A DNA stretch of 64,000 bases from Snowella sp. (GTDB taxonomy: Bacteria; Cyanobacteriota; Cyanobacteriia; Cyanobacteriales; Microcystaceae), in contig JAYKGY010000104.1 in NCBI GenBank assembly GCA_035285545.1, forward strand, positions 96,001-160,000, in the 5' to 3' direction. Under the pieces are notes generated by a model, which saw only the letters and a program-made list of their open reading frames with translations, was not told where the DNA came from and made no database searches. Positions within the stretch are counted from its first letter, which is position 1. Each line of letters starts with the position of its first letter. Below, piece after piece: positions 31,666 through 41,784 of this stretch. Both the position numbers and the translations under genes were made by a program.

Positions 31666-32226
31666 ATGTCAATCGGTCAACTTATTGTATTGACAGGCCC
31701 CAGCGGTGTTGGCAAGGGGACTTTGGTGCGGGCCTTGTTGGCTCGGCATGGGGAGTTATTTCTCTCGGTGTCAGCCACAACCCGCGCTCCCCGTCCAGGT
31801 GAAATCGATGGCAGGGAATATTTCTTTGTCACCCAAGCCCAGTTTCAAACCCTGATTGAACAGGGGGAACTGCTGGAATGGGCAGAGTATGCCGGCAATT
31901 ATTACGGGACTCCTCGCGCTTCGGTGGAGTCTCAAGTTGCTTCAGGTAAAAAAGTGATTTTAGAAATTGAGGTGATCGGCGCAAGTCAGGTGAGAAATAC
32001 TTTCCCTCAAGCCTTGCGAATCTTTATATTGCCGCCTTCGATGGAAGAATTAGAGCAACGTTTACGCAGTCGGGGTCAAGATGCGGATGCCGCGATCGCG
32101 TTACGGTTAGAACGAGCCAAGGAAGAATTAGCTCTTAGCCACGAATTTGATTATGAAGTGGTCAATGATGATTTAGAAACGGCCTTAGCCAAAATTGAAA
32201 AAATTTTATTCGGGACTGCGGTATAA
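31666..32226 (+). CDS. gmk: Guanylate kinase
   Basis: GPSGVGKGT, TTRAPRPGE, YYGT. Confidence 0.97.
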   Translation: MSIGQLIVLTGPSGVGKGTLVRALLARHGELFLSVSATTRAPRPGEIDGREYFFVTQAQFQTLIEQGELLEWAEYAGNYYGTPRASVESQVASGKKVILEIEVIGASQVRNTFPQALRIFILPPSMEELEQRLRSRGQDADAAIALRLERAKEELALSHEFDYEVVNDDLETALAKIEKILFGTAV

Positions 32227-33711
32227 CCAATCTCGAATTTCTTGAACGATCCAAGCGGCTTCTGCGGGGTCTAAGTCTTTGCCTAAGGGGTAAATCTGGT
32301 CAGGTGTTGTGAAACTAAGGTGCTGTTGATCAGATTGAGTAGGCGCAAAAACTCCCATAATATCTTGACGTTTTCCCCTTGCTTTTTGATAGGTTATTCC
32401 TAAAATTGTTTGGCTAATTTGGTATTGTTCATCCGCTAAAATAAGCTGCGTTTTAGAGAGTTTTCCAAAAATTAAATCAATAACGAGAGTTAACAGGACA
32501 ATTCCTAAATTTAACAGTAAAATCAGTTCTAATTCCCAAAAAACAAACGATTTATTTGGTGTTAAATAATAATTTAATCCCATCAAACTGGGCGCGATCG
32601 CTAAACTCCAAATCATCAAGCCCCACAGACTCAAACGAGTCAAAGAATTAGACTGAGAAGTTTTTCCCAATAAGGTATCCCATAGGCGAAACTGACCAGA
32701 AGCCAGTTTTAGCGTTAACACGGATTCGGAGTAACTTAATTTAATCCGAGATTGTCTCGGTTGAATTAGCTTTTGGGTTTGCTCAACCACTTTCTGTCCA
32801 AAATGAAAGGGATTGTCTAAGCTTAAAAGCGTCTCTAATGCCTCCGTTGCTGACTGATAACGTTTTTCTACAATGGGGTGGGTTAACCTCGCTAACCATT
32901 GTTTAAACGGGCGGCTAATGGCGATCTGATCGTCTAAAACGAACCCTGACTGTTGAGCAATGACGGTTTCCGGCGATCGCCCCGTTAATAAATGAATCAA
33001 AGTTGCGCCTAATCCATACAGATCTGAGGCGGGAACGGCTTTTCCCCAATATTGTTCTAAGGGTGTATAACCACTACTGCCAACTACGGTAAACGTTACG
33101 CCGGTCACGGTTTTATTAGCTTGAACGGCTCCAAAATCAATTAAGTAAATATGGCCATCGGTTCCTAAAATTAAATTACTCGGTTTAAGATCACGATGTA
33201 AAATGGGCGGATTTGATTCATGTAAATAAACTAAAATATTGAGAATTTCTTGAGCAATTTTTTTAAGATCACTTTCACTAAAAGTTCGATTTTTATGGAT
33301 TAATTCGGCTAAAGAAAAACCATGTAGATAGTCTTGAGTCAAAGCAAACCAGGTTACGCCAGAGCCGTTTTGTTGATCAATTTCAAAGGAGTCATGATAG
33401 TGGGGAATGCGCGGATGATTTAAGTTTTGTAAAACTTCCGCTTCTCGTTCAAATAGTTTAAATTCTGACCATTGCAACTGAGGACTAAAAGCAAGTAGTT
33501 TAAGGGTGACTAATTGCGGCGATCGCTGAAAAGCGAGTAATTTAACTAAATTGAGCCAATCGAGATTATTAAGTTTTTCCCAACGCCAGAGAAAGCCAAA
33601 TTGATGAGATTTTAAGTCAATCGCCAGCCAGGTTTGACGGTTATTTCCTGAATGGCCTAACGGTTGTTTCAAGAGATAACGCTGATGGAGAATGTCACCC
33701 GTTTTAAACAT
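32206..33711 (-). CDS. Membrane Ser/Thr protein kinase
   Basis: HRDLKPSN, DFG, SDLYGLG; two C-terminal TM helices. Confidence 0.92.
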   Translation of the reverse strand: MFKTGDILHQRYLLKQPLGHSGNNRQTWLAIDLKSHQFGFLWRWEKLNNLDWLNLVKLLAFQRSPQLVTLKLLAFSPQLQWSEFKLFEREAEVLQNLNHPRIPHYHDSFEIDQQNGSGVTWFALTQDYLHGFSLAELIHKNRTFSESDLKKIAQEILNILVYLHESNPPILHRDLKPSNLILGTDGHIYLIDFGAVQANKTVTGVTFTVVGSSGYTPLEQYWGKAVPASDLYGLGATLIHLLTGRSPETVIAQQSGFVLDDQIAISRPFKQWLARLTHPIVEKRYQSATEALETLLSLDNPFHFGQKVVEQTQKLIQPRQSRIKLSYSESVLTLKLASGQFRLWDTLLGKTSQSNSLTRLSLWGLMIWSLAIAPSLMGLNYYLTPNKSFVFWELELILLLNLGIVLLTLVIDLIFGKLSKTQLILADEQYQISQTILGITYQKARGKRQDIMGVFAPTQSDQQHLSFTTPDQIYPLGKDLDPAEAAWIVQEIRDWLYRSPE

Positions 33712-33831
33712 GGCTGTTGTCCTTGAATGGGTTTTTCTTCGGCATGACGCTTCTTCTATTTTCCCTGATTCATCCCCAGCCGTGCCCGACCCGCTCAGAT
33801 AATTTTTGGAATGAGGCTCATTCGGACGGAT

Positions 33832-35319
33832 TTAACAGGGTTTTAATTGGCTTAATTCAATAATGATGGTATCGATGGCATTGCGTAGAATAGAAGCCGG
33901 TTGCTCGCTATTATTGACCAAAATGCTAAAAACGAGGGGCGCAAAGTCTGTGGGTTGCAAATAACCTGACAAGCTAATAGCTCCCGATAAGGTGCCGGTT
34001 TTTCCCTGTAATTTGCCGACAACGGGAGTATTTAAAAAACGGTTTTTTAAGGTGCCGGTTTGTCCCGCGATCGCGAGGGAGTCTCGATAGGTTGTACCTA
34101 AAGGAGATTGGGTCATCGAAGTTAATAATTGTACAAAAGCGGTGGGTGATACGAGGGTCTGGCGCGATAGGCCCGATCCGTCTTTTAAGAAATATTGATT
34201 ATTTTCTACTTTTAAACTATTCAAAGTCTCTTTTAAACTCTCGATCGCGGTATTGTCTGAATCTTGAATGTGATTTAATAAACTTTCTGCGTATAAATTA
34301 TTGCTATTTTGATTGATTTCCGTAATGAGTTCTTTTAAGGTTGGAGATTCAATTTCTAATAATTGTTTTTCTTGGGAATTAATGGCGGGATTATTGGTAA
34401 TTTCTACTCGGCCAACTTGAATTCCAGCTTCAGTCAATACCTGTTGCAAAGAGTCGGCAAAGTAACGGACGGGATCGGGAATGGCGATCGCAGTAATGTC
34501 GGGTTCGGATTGGTTTCCGAGTTCTCCCTCAAGGACTAAAACCGGCTGACCTAAAACTCCTTTGATACGGATTCTTTGGGTGGGATTCCCTGATACCGTG
34601 CGGGTTTGGTTAATAATTTGCCATTGCTTAGCGGTGATCGCGTCCGACCAGGTAACCTGTAAAGGTTGTCCGACCGCTTGGGGAGATAGGGTTAAATTAA
34701 CGGTATTTTGATTGAGGATTAATTGATTAACCGCAGGGGCATAATAAAAATAAATATCTTCCCATTCCCAGGTGGGTTTTAATAGATTTTGTGGGGCAAT
34801 TGTCTCGACTAAACTTAAGGTTTTGATCTGTTGAATTCCTTGAGATTTTAGATGATTAGCCAAGGTTTTTAATTGTTCAGTGGTTAAGCTCGGATCGCCT
34901 TTGCCAATGATTCGTAAACGGTTTAAACTAGCCCCTTCTCCTTGACTATAAATAGGTGTTTTAATGCGATAATTTTCTCCTGATTTCACTAAAGCGGCGG
35001 CGGTTGTTAACAGTTTAGTATTAGAAGCCGGGACAAATAATTGTTCAGCCCCCCGTTGATAAAGGGTCGTTTGATTCTGTAAATTTTTAACCAGAATTCC
35101 CCAATGGGCTGTCCGTAACTCAGGCTGGCTTAATAATGTATCAATTTTTTGGGGGATGTCTGCCACACAACGGCGATCGCGGGATCTAACGGTTTGGGAG
35201 AGGGGGCTATCGGCGATCGCGACCTTGGGAGTCATCAGCATCATCAATAAGAACCCTATGATCCAACGTGCTTTTGAAGGAAACCCGACTGTCTTTAAAA
35301 ATTTGCTATGATGGAACAT
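33832..35319 (-). CDS. dacB: D-Ala-D-Ala carboxypeptidase/endopeptidase (PBP4)
   Basis: PASNTK (SxxK), SNN, KTG, DGSGLSR. Confidence 0.95.
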   Translation of the reverse strand: MFHHSKFLKTVGFPSKARWIIGFLLMMLMTPKVAIADSPLSQTVRSRDRRCVADIPQKIDTLLSQPELRTAHWGILVKNLQNQTTLYQRGAEQLFVPASNTKLLTTAAALVKSGENYRIKTPIYSQGEGASLNRLRIIGKGDPSLTTEQLKTLANHLKSQGIQQIKTLSLVETIAPQNLLKPTWEWEDIYFYYAPAVNQLILNQNTVNLTLSPQAVGQPLQVTWSDAITAKQWQIINQTRTVSGNPTQRIRIKGVLGQPVLVLEGELGNQSEPDITAIAIPDPVRYFADSLQQVLTEAGIQVGRVEITNNPAINSQEKQLLEIESPTLKELITEINQNSNNLYAESLLNHIQDSDNTAIESLKETLNSLKVENNQYFLKDGSGLSRQTLVSPTAFVQLLTSMTQSPLGTTYRDSLAIAGQTGTLKNRFLNTPVVGKLQGKTGTLSGAISLSGYLQPTDFAPLVFSILVNNSEQPASILRNAIDTIIIELSQLKPC

Positions 35320-35444
35320 AAAATAATTTTCAGTTAATAAGTTATCGCTAAATTTAATTGCTATTTTCTAACGAATAAAATTGACGAAAAATAATTGATC
35401 AAGTTTCAATTAAATTAATCATTTCATTAACATAGAGGTAAAGC

Positions 35445-36809
35445 GTGAGCTACGATTTTGATTTATTCGTAATAGGCGGCGGTTCAGGGGGAATTGCGAC
35501 GGCGAGACGGGCGGCGGAATACGGTGCAAAAGTAGGCATTGCCGAAGCTGACCGCTTAGGGGGAACCTGTGTAAATAAGGGCTGTGTTCCTAAAAAATTG
35601 TTGGTTTATGCCTCCCGTTTTGCTGATCATTTTCACGAAGCGCAAGGATACGGCTGGAGTCCGATTGAAAGCCATTGTGATTGGAAAACCTTAATTACTG
35701 CTGTTAATCAGGAAGTAAATCGACTCAACGGAATTTATCAACGAATGTTAGATAATTCCAAGGTAGAAATTTTTCGAGAATTTGCCTCGTTTATTGATCT
35801 CCATACCCTACAAGTCGGAGACAAAAACATTACTGCCGATAAGATTTTAATTGCCGTCGGTGGCCATCCTGTTACGCCCCAGGTGCCAGGGATTGAACAC
35901 GCCCTCATTTCCGATGATATGTTTAATTTAACTGAACAACCGAAAAATTTGGTGGTTTTAGGGGGCGGTTATATCGGAGTCGAATTTGCTTGTTTAATGA
36001 ATAAATTGGGGTCTAAAGTCACTCAAATTATTCGCGGCGATAAGATTTTACGAGGGTTTGATGAGGATCTCCGCACTGAAATTCAAGAATCCATGATCAA
36101 ACACGGAATTAATATTATTAATCACAGCAAATTAATTAGCATTGATAAAACAGATCGGGGATTAAATATTAATCTTGAAAATATTTGTAAGGATCACGAA
36201 AAATTTCAAGTTTCGGGCGTAGATTCTTTGACCCTAGCGGCTTTAGGCAGACGGGCCAAATTAGATAATCTTAATCTTGATAAGGCTGGGGTTTGTGTTA
36301 AACATGAAGCGATCGCCGTCAATGAATATAGCCAGACTTCCCAGCCCAATATTTTTGCCGTGGGAGATTGCACCAATCGCATTAATTTAACGCCCGTTGC
36401 CATTAATGAAGGCCGCGCCCTAGCGGACACAGAATTTGGCGGAAAATCCCGAATTATGGCCTATGACAATGTTCCTTCGGCTGTCTTTAGTACCCCAGAA
36501 GCCGCAACGGTGGGGCTAACAGAATGTCAGGCGGTTCATCAATTTGGGGAAGATAACATCAAAATCTATCGTTCTAAGTTCCGCTCTATGTACTACACCT
36601 TACCAAACCTCGACGAGAAAACCCTGATGAAGTTAGTTGTCCGCAAAGATACGGATCAGGTGATTGGGGCACACATGGTCGGAGATTATGCGGCTGAAAT
36701 TATTCAAGGAGTCGCGATCGCGGTCAAAATGGGAGCAACCAAAGCCGACTTCGATGCAACCGTTGGCATTCATCCCACCTCAGCCGAAGAATTTGTCACC
36801 ATGCGTTAA
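35445..36809 (+). CDS. gor: Glutathione reductase
   Basis: GGTCVNKGCVPKK; HPTSAEEFVTMR. Confidence 0.96.
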   Translation: MSYDFDLFVIGGGSGGIATARRAAEYGAKVGIAEADRLGGTCVNKGCVPKKLLVYASRFADHFHEAQGYGWSPIESHCDWKTLITAVNQEVNRLNGIYQRMLDNSKVEIFREFASFIDLHTLQVGDKNITADKILIAVGGHPVTPQVPGIEHALISDDMFNLTEQPKNLVVLGGGYIGVEFACLMNKLGSKVTQIIRGDKILRGFDEDLRTEIQESMIKHGINIINHSKLISIDKTDRGLNINLENICKDHEKFQVSGVDSLTLAALGRRAKLDNLNLDKAGVCVKHEAIAVNEYSQTSQPNIFAVGDCTNRINLTPVAINEGRALADTEFGGKSRIMAYDNVPSAVFSTPEAATVGLTECQAVHQFGEDNIKIYRSKFRSMYYTLPNLDEKTLMKLVVRKDTDQVIGAHMVGDYAAEIIQGVAIAVKMGATKADFDATVGIHPTSAEEFVTMR

Positions 36810-36813
36810 GTAG

Positions 36814-36865
36814 AATCCCCCCGCCTATCGGTATTCTCCTTAATAAGTCAGAAGGCAGGGGGAAC
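36814..36865. repeat. GC-rich hairpin dispersed repeat (REP-like), copy 1
   Basis: AATCCCCCCGCCTATCGG is the exact reverse complement of 47514-47531; lies between convergent genes. Confidence 0.6.
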
Positions 36866-36886
36866 AATCACAAAATGCTTTTTAAT

Positions 36887-38284
36887 TTAATTATTTTTCT
36901 TTTGAAATAACCAAATATCATCCCTTTGATATTGTGTTTTAAAATCAGGATTTTGCTGTAATTGTTGGACTAAATTTTTAACCGTTTCTTGGGAATTTTC
37001 CCAGCCAGGATGACGAGTATTGAGCAAAATATAAGTAAAAGTTGTAGGATCAATGGGTTCCGCATCCTTAATGGCTAACTGAACCATGACTCGTTGGCTT
37101 AAATGGGGAGCAATTTGGGGAGAAACCAATAAACTTTCATCGGTTTTTACTAAACTAACAGCTTCTTGCATCGCAGCTAAATTATCCCAATTTTCTAAAT
37201 ATTTACTAAAGAAATAACCATATTTTCCTAATGCTAAAAACGTGATTAATGACCAAATAATAATACCTTTAGGATTTTTAACTAAACCCTTATTATGAGC
37301 TAAACTGGTGATTACAGCTAAAAATAAAAACGGTAAAATAGCAATAGAATATTGATGGGTAATATCTTTTTGCGGGAAGTAATCCGTCAATAAGTTTAAA
37401 AATAAGCTAGGTAAAGCGGGGATTAAAGGTGTTAAATATTGGAAAGATAACCCCCAAAGTACAGGAGCTATTAATAATAGTAAATAACCCAAATTTTCGC
37501 CTGTAAAAATTCGACCTAATATAAGATTAGGTTTTAAAATTAGATTTTGAATGATTTCCGTAACTGAATTTCCTAAAAATGAATAACGGCCAACGGCAGC
37601 AACTTCAGCCCCACTAAATTGGGGAATAATAACTTTAGTCGCAATAATAAACCAGGCGACTCCTGAAATTAAAGCAATAACTCCATAAACTTTTTTTTTC
37701 TCCCAAATCAGTAGCCAAAATCCCATTGCTGCGACGGTTAAGGACAAAACAGCTTTACAACTTAGAATGATTACAATACTGACAATAAATCCCAATAATT
37801 TCTGATTACGTGCCGTCCAAATTGCCCAAAGAATAGCAGGCAAAGCAATCACTTCAGGATGGAAATCAAATAGATTAACATTAAATAACAACGGATAGAG
37901 TAAAAAAGCAATAGTTACGGCAAAAGCTTGATCATCTTTTAATCCTGCTTGATTCGCCAATAACCAAATGGGCCAAGCTCCTAAACTCAGCGCGATCGCC
38001 TGAATGAATAATAACCAATAAACACTCGGATAAAGTTTATAAAAAAGTGCAATAGGATAAAGAATGAAAGAAGCATGATCGCCTAAAATATGAAAACCTC
38101 GAAAAGAAATAATAGGATTTTGATTTTGACTAATTAAATAAACCGCTTGATCAAACCAACCGAGATCTAACGCATTAGATTGAAATAATAAATGCCTAGC
38201 AATACTACTAATCAAAAAGATTAACGTAGCAGTGCCAATAGCAATCAAAACCTTAGATGGTAATAACTCAATTTTTTTAAACAT
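36887..38284 (-). CDS. DUF2079 membrane protein (GT-C-like)
   Basis: DLGWFDQ, DFHPE, HQYS; many TM helices. Confidence 0.82.
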   Translation of the reverse strand: MFKKIELLPSKVLIAIGTATLIFLISSIARHLLFQSNALDLGWFDQAVYLISQNQNPIISFRGFHILGDHASFILYPIALFYKLYPSVYWLLFIQAIALSLGAWPIWLLANQAGLKDDQAFAVTIAFLLYPLLFNVNLFDFHPEVIALPAILWAIWTARNQKLLGFIVSIVIILSCKAVLSLTVAAMGFWLLIWEKKKVYGVIALISGVAWFIIATKVIIPQFSGAEVAAVGRYSFLGNSVTEIIQNLILKPNLILGRIFTGENLGYLLLLIAPVLWGLSFQYLTPLIPALPSLFLNLLTDYFPQKDITHQYSIAILPFLFLAVITSLAHNKGLVKNPKGIIIWSLITFLALGKYGYFFSKYLENWDNLAAMQEAVSLVKTDESLLVSPQIAPHLSQRVMVQLAIKDAEPIDPTTFTYILLNTRHPGWENSQETVKNLVQQLQQNPDFKTQYQRDDIWLFQKKNN

Positions 38285-38288
38285 TATT

Positions 38289-38351
38289 AACTATCAACTA
38301 TCAACTATCAACTATCAACTATAAAATATTAACTATTAACTATTAACTATT
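38289..38351. repeat. Short tandem heptamer repeat (STRR-like), 9 units of AACTAT(C/T) consensus
   Basis: 4x AACTATC, AACTATA, AAATATT, 3x AACTATT. Confidence 0.9.
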
Positions 38352-39155
38352 TCGCAATAACCAAAACCCAGTGTAGGTCATGCCCGAATCATCAGGCTGA
38401 ACCAACAAAAAATGCAATCCTAAAGTGTCTTGTTTCCGGGTTTCAAAAGTTGATCCACTCTGGGCAATTTCCGCATCTTCAAAGGTTAATAAGACCCAGC
38501 GATCGCTTAAGCCTGCTTCTAAGATCATGCCCCCCGATTGTCCCACTTCGGTCGGAATAAAATTCAAACTAACGGGGCTAATGGAATCTAACCACTGGGC
38601 TAAATAACGAGATTGTCTGCCGCCATAAATCACTACACCTGGAATATTAACCGTTGAAGGAATGCCTAAAGTTAAAGGAAAAAACGCTTCAGGTAAGTGC
38701 AAATAGGGCATCGGGCGATCGCGAAAAAAATCCACTAGTTCACCCGCAGGAAAAGCAGCAAAACGCCACTGTTCTCCCCACAGATTATCGGGGACGGGTT
38801 GGGGTGGTGGTTGGTCTAATTTAAACGCGCTCTGCCAATCGGGATGGCGTTGGGTTAATAGCTGTTTTAATGCAGTTGTATGACGATTTGCTTCGATGGG
38901 AATGTCTAATTCCTTACCTGCTAAGGTTAATAAATTCAAAGATTGGGGACGAAAAACTTGGATTTTTTCAGGCTTTTCTGTTTCTAAAAGTGGTTGTAAT
39001 TTTTCGATTAACCAAGCAGAATTAACCTGAGATTGTAAACAATTAGCTTCCTCAACAATTCGCCCGTAATTATCACAAATTAATAGCTCCCAATAAACAT
39101 TTTCCTTTGGATTTGAGGATGGAAATTTATAAAAGTCTGCTTGCCAAATAACCAT
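38343..39155 (-). CDS. Tab2/Atab2-family RNA-binding protein (DUF1092)
   Basis: IWQADFY, WELLICD, GLHFLLVQPDDSG. Confidence 0.88.
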   Translation of the reverse strand: MVIWQADFYKFPSSNPKENVYWELLICDNYGRIVEEANCLQSQVNSAWLIEKLQPLLETEKPEKIQVFRPQSLNLLTLAGKELDIPIEANRHTTALKQLLTQRHPDWQSAFKLDQPPPQPVPDNLWGEQWRFAAFPAGELVDFFRDRPMPYLHLPEAFFPLTLGIPSTVNIPGVVIYGGRQSRYLAQWLDSISPVSLNFIPTEVGQSGGMILEAGLSDRWVLLTFEDAEIAQSGSTFETRKQDTLGLHFLLVQPDDSGMTYTGFWLLRNS

Positions 39156-39216
39156 AAATTAAAATTACAAAATAACGCTAAAATCAAAAAAATAGGATCA
39201 TGATATTTGAATTTCC

Positions 39217-39819
39217 ATGAGCGAGCAAACTTTATCCGAAGAATGGCTAGAAATTGGCATCATTGTAGCACCCCAAGGTTTACAGGGTGAGGTGAGGGTG
39301 CTTTCTAGTTCGGACTTTCCTGAGCGATTTACCCAAAAAGGCACCCGTTGGCTCCAATCTCCCAAAGGGGAAACTCCTCAAGCGGTAAAACTTAGCTCTG
39401 GTCGCTATTTAGATGGCAAAAATCTGTATATTGTCAAATTAGCGGAGATCCAAAATCGCACTCAAGCCGAATCCCTACGCCATTATCGTTTACTGGTTCC
39501 TGCCAGCGATCGCTTACCTGTGGAAGATGATGAATATCATGTGGCTGACTTGATCGGCCTAGAAGTCTATGATCAACAGACAGGGGAATTAATTGGAATT
39601 GTTAAAGATGTTTTTTCAGCAGGCAATGATTTATTAGAGGTTCAACTTACACCTGAATTTATGTCAAAAAAAAGTACGAAAGAGCAAGAAGAAATTGAAA
39701 CTCAAAAAGTATCAGGGAAAAGAATTTTAGTTCCCTTTGTCAAAGCGATTGTTCCCATTGTAGAGATTAATAATAAACGCATTGAAATCAATCCGCCCAC
39801 AGGTTTATTAGATTTATGA
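39217..39819 (+). CDS. rimM: Ribosome maturation factor RimM
   Basis: IGIIVAPQGLQGEV, DLIGLEV, ILVPFVKAIV. Confidence 0.95.
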   Translation: MSEQTLSEEWLEIGIIVAPQGLQGEVRVLSSSDFPERFTQKGTRWLQSPKGETPQAVKLSSGRYLDGKNLYIVKLAEIQNRTQAESLRHYRLLVPASDRLPVEDDEYHVADLIGLEVYDQQTGELIGIVKDVFSAGNDLLEVQLTPEFMSKKSTKEQEEIETQKVSGKRILVPFVKAIVPIVEINNKRIEINPPTGLLDL

Positions 39820-39913
39820 AGAATACTTAATGCGTAATAATGGCTCAAGAGACGGTTAGGCGATCGCACTATTTTCTTCATTATCCAAAATCTTAGGCTC
39901 AGTAATTCGTGAG

Positions 39914-40840
39914 ATGACAATTACCAGTGATCAAGTTAAACAAAAAGCGATTGAATTGGGGTTTCATTTAGTTGGAATTGCGGATGTTGACCAAGAATTT
40001 CCTGATCAAGCATTAGAACGGTTAAAAGCCTGGTTAACAATGAGTTATCAAGCGGAGATGCAATGGATGGCTAATCCTAAACGCTTTGATATTCGCGCTT
40101 GTTTTCCTGACGTGCAATCCGTTATTTCGGTTGCGATCAATTATTACACCCCCCATCAACGGGCAGAAGGCAAAGAATATGCCAAAATCTCTCGTTACGG
40201 TTGGGGGCGCGATTACCATAAAGTCATGACGCGACGGTTGAAAGCCCTGAGCCATTGGTTAGAAGATCAAGATAAAACCATTAAAACCCGTTATTATGCC
40301 GATACCGGCCCCATTCAAGATAAGGTTTGGGCGCAACGTAGCGGTTTAGGCTGGATTGCTAAAAATGGTAATGTCATTACTCGGAACTATGGTAGCTGGG
40401 TCTTTTTGGGAGAAGTGTTAATTAACATCCCTTTAACGCCCGATCGCCCCCATACCGAACATTGTGGAACCTGTACTCGTTGCCTGGATGCGTGCCCAAC
40501 AGGAGCCATCACTCAACCTTTTGTGATTAACAGCGATCGCTGCATTGCCTACCATACCATTGAAAATCGATCAGATACTTTACCGGATGACATTAAACCC
40601 CATTTAGACGGATGGGTTGCCGGTTGTGATATTTGTCAGGATGTCTGCCCCTGGAATCAACGCTTTGCCAAAGAAACCGATATTCCTGATTTTCAACCCT
40701 ATCCTGAGAATATTAATCCCAAATTAAAGGATTTAGCCGAAATTAGCGACCAAGAATGGGATCAACGCTTTACGGCCTCAGCATTAAGAAGAATTAAAAC
40801 TGCTATGTTACGGCGGAATGCTCGTGCTAGTCTAGAGTAG
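39914..40840 (+). CDS. queG: Epoxyqueuosine reductase
   Basis: ISRYGWGRDYH, CGTCTRCLDACPT, GCDICQDVCPWN. Confidence 0.95.
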   Translation: MTITSDQVKQKAIELGFHLVGIADVDQEFPDQALERLKAWLTMSYQAEMQWMANPKRFDIRACFPDVQSVISVAINYYTPHQRAEGKEYAKISRYGWGRDYHKVMTRRLKALSHWLEDQDKTIKTRYYADTGPIQDKVWAQRSGLGWIAKNGNVITRNYGSWVFLGEVLINIPLTPDRPHTEHCGTCTRCLDACPTGAITQPFVINSDRCIAYHTIENRSDTLPDDIKPHLDGWVAGCDICQDVCPWNQRFAKETDIPDFQPYPENINPKLKDLAEISDQEWDQRFTASALRRIKTAMLRRNARASLE

Positions 40841-41066
40841 GAAAAGACTCCTCTTAGCTGCATAATATACCTTAGGTCAAATTGAGCAAATATCTAATTT
40901 TTGCATTCAATTAACAGGAATTAAGGGATCAGCCTGGTTAAAATACTGGGATTTGAATGGCGACTCCAGAACAAAAGATCCCTACCAGCATCCTGTTATT
41001 TTTCCTTTTTTATTCTGATTCGTTAACCTTTTTTTATCCCCACTCTTGCGTTAATTTTGGTTCCCA

Positions 41067-41711
41067 ATGGCAATTAAAGCAATTCTATTTGATTTTGATG
41101 GCACAATTGCCAATACTCAGGATGCGTTTTTAGAAATTGTTAATGAGTTAGCCGATGAATTTGGTTATCCGCCGGTGGATCAGGTGCAATTAGAAAAACT
41201 TAAAAATTTGAGTTCGTTAGATGTTATTAAAGAATCAGCCATTCCCACATTGAAAATCCCCTTTATTCTTAAACGGATTAAAAAAGAATTAGGCAAAAAA
41301 ATCTCTGCATTAGAACCCTATCAGTCTATTATTCATGCACTTTTTACCTTAAAAGAAAGAGGCTACCTCATTGGTATTGTCACTTCAAATTTAAAGGAAA
41401 ATGTGTTAGCTTTTTTGGAGAAAAATGATCTAGATAAGGTTTTTGATTTCATTCATTCAGGAACGACTTTGTTTGGTAAGAATAAGATCATTAATCGGGT
41501 AATTAAAGAAAATAAATTGAAAGTCGAAGAGGTGATCTATGTTGGTGATGAAACGCGGGATATTCATGCCGCTAAACAAAGTAAAATTAAAATGATTTCA
41601 GTGAGTTGGGGCTTTAATTCTCCGCAAATTTTAGCGCAATATCAACCCGATTTTTTAGTCCATCATCCCTGTGAATTATTGGAAGTGGTAGCTTGTTTAG
41701 ATAAACGCTAA
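41067..41711 (+). CDS. HAD-family hydrolase
   Basis: FDFDGT, YVGDETRDI. Confidence 0.9.
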   Translation: MAIKAILFDFDGTIANTQDAFLEIVNELADEFGYPPVDQVQLEKLKNLSSLDVIKESAIPTLKIPFILKRIKKELGKKISALEPYQSIIHALFTLKERGYLIGIVTSNLKENVLAFLEKNDLDKVFDFIHSGTTLFGKNKIINRVIKENKLKVEEVIYVGDETRDIHAAKQSKIKMISVSWGFNSPQILAQYQPDFLVHHPCELLEVVACLDKR

Positions 41712-41784
41712 TGGGTTTTGGACTTGCTATTAATAAGAAACCTACACTGTCCAACATTTTCAACAGAGGTTTTGTTGTTCTGTT

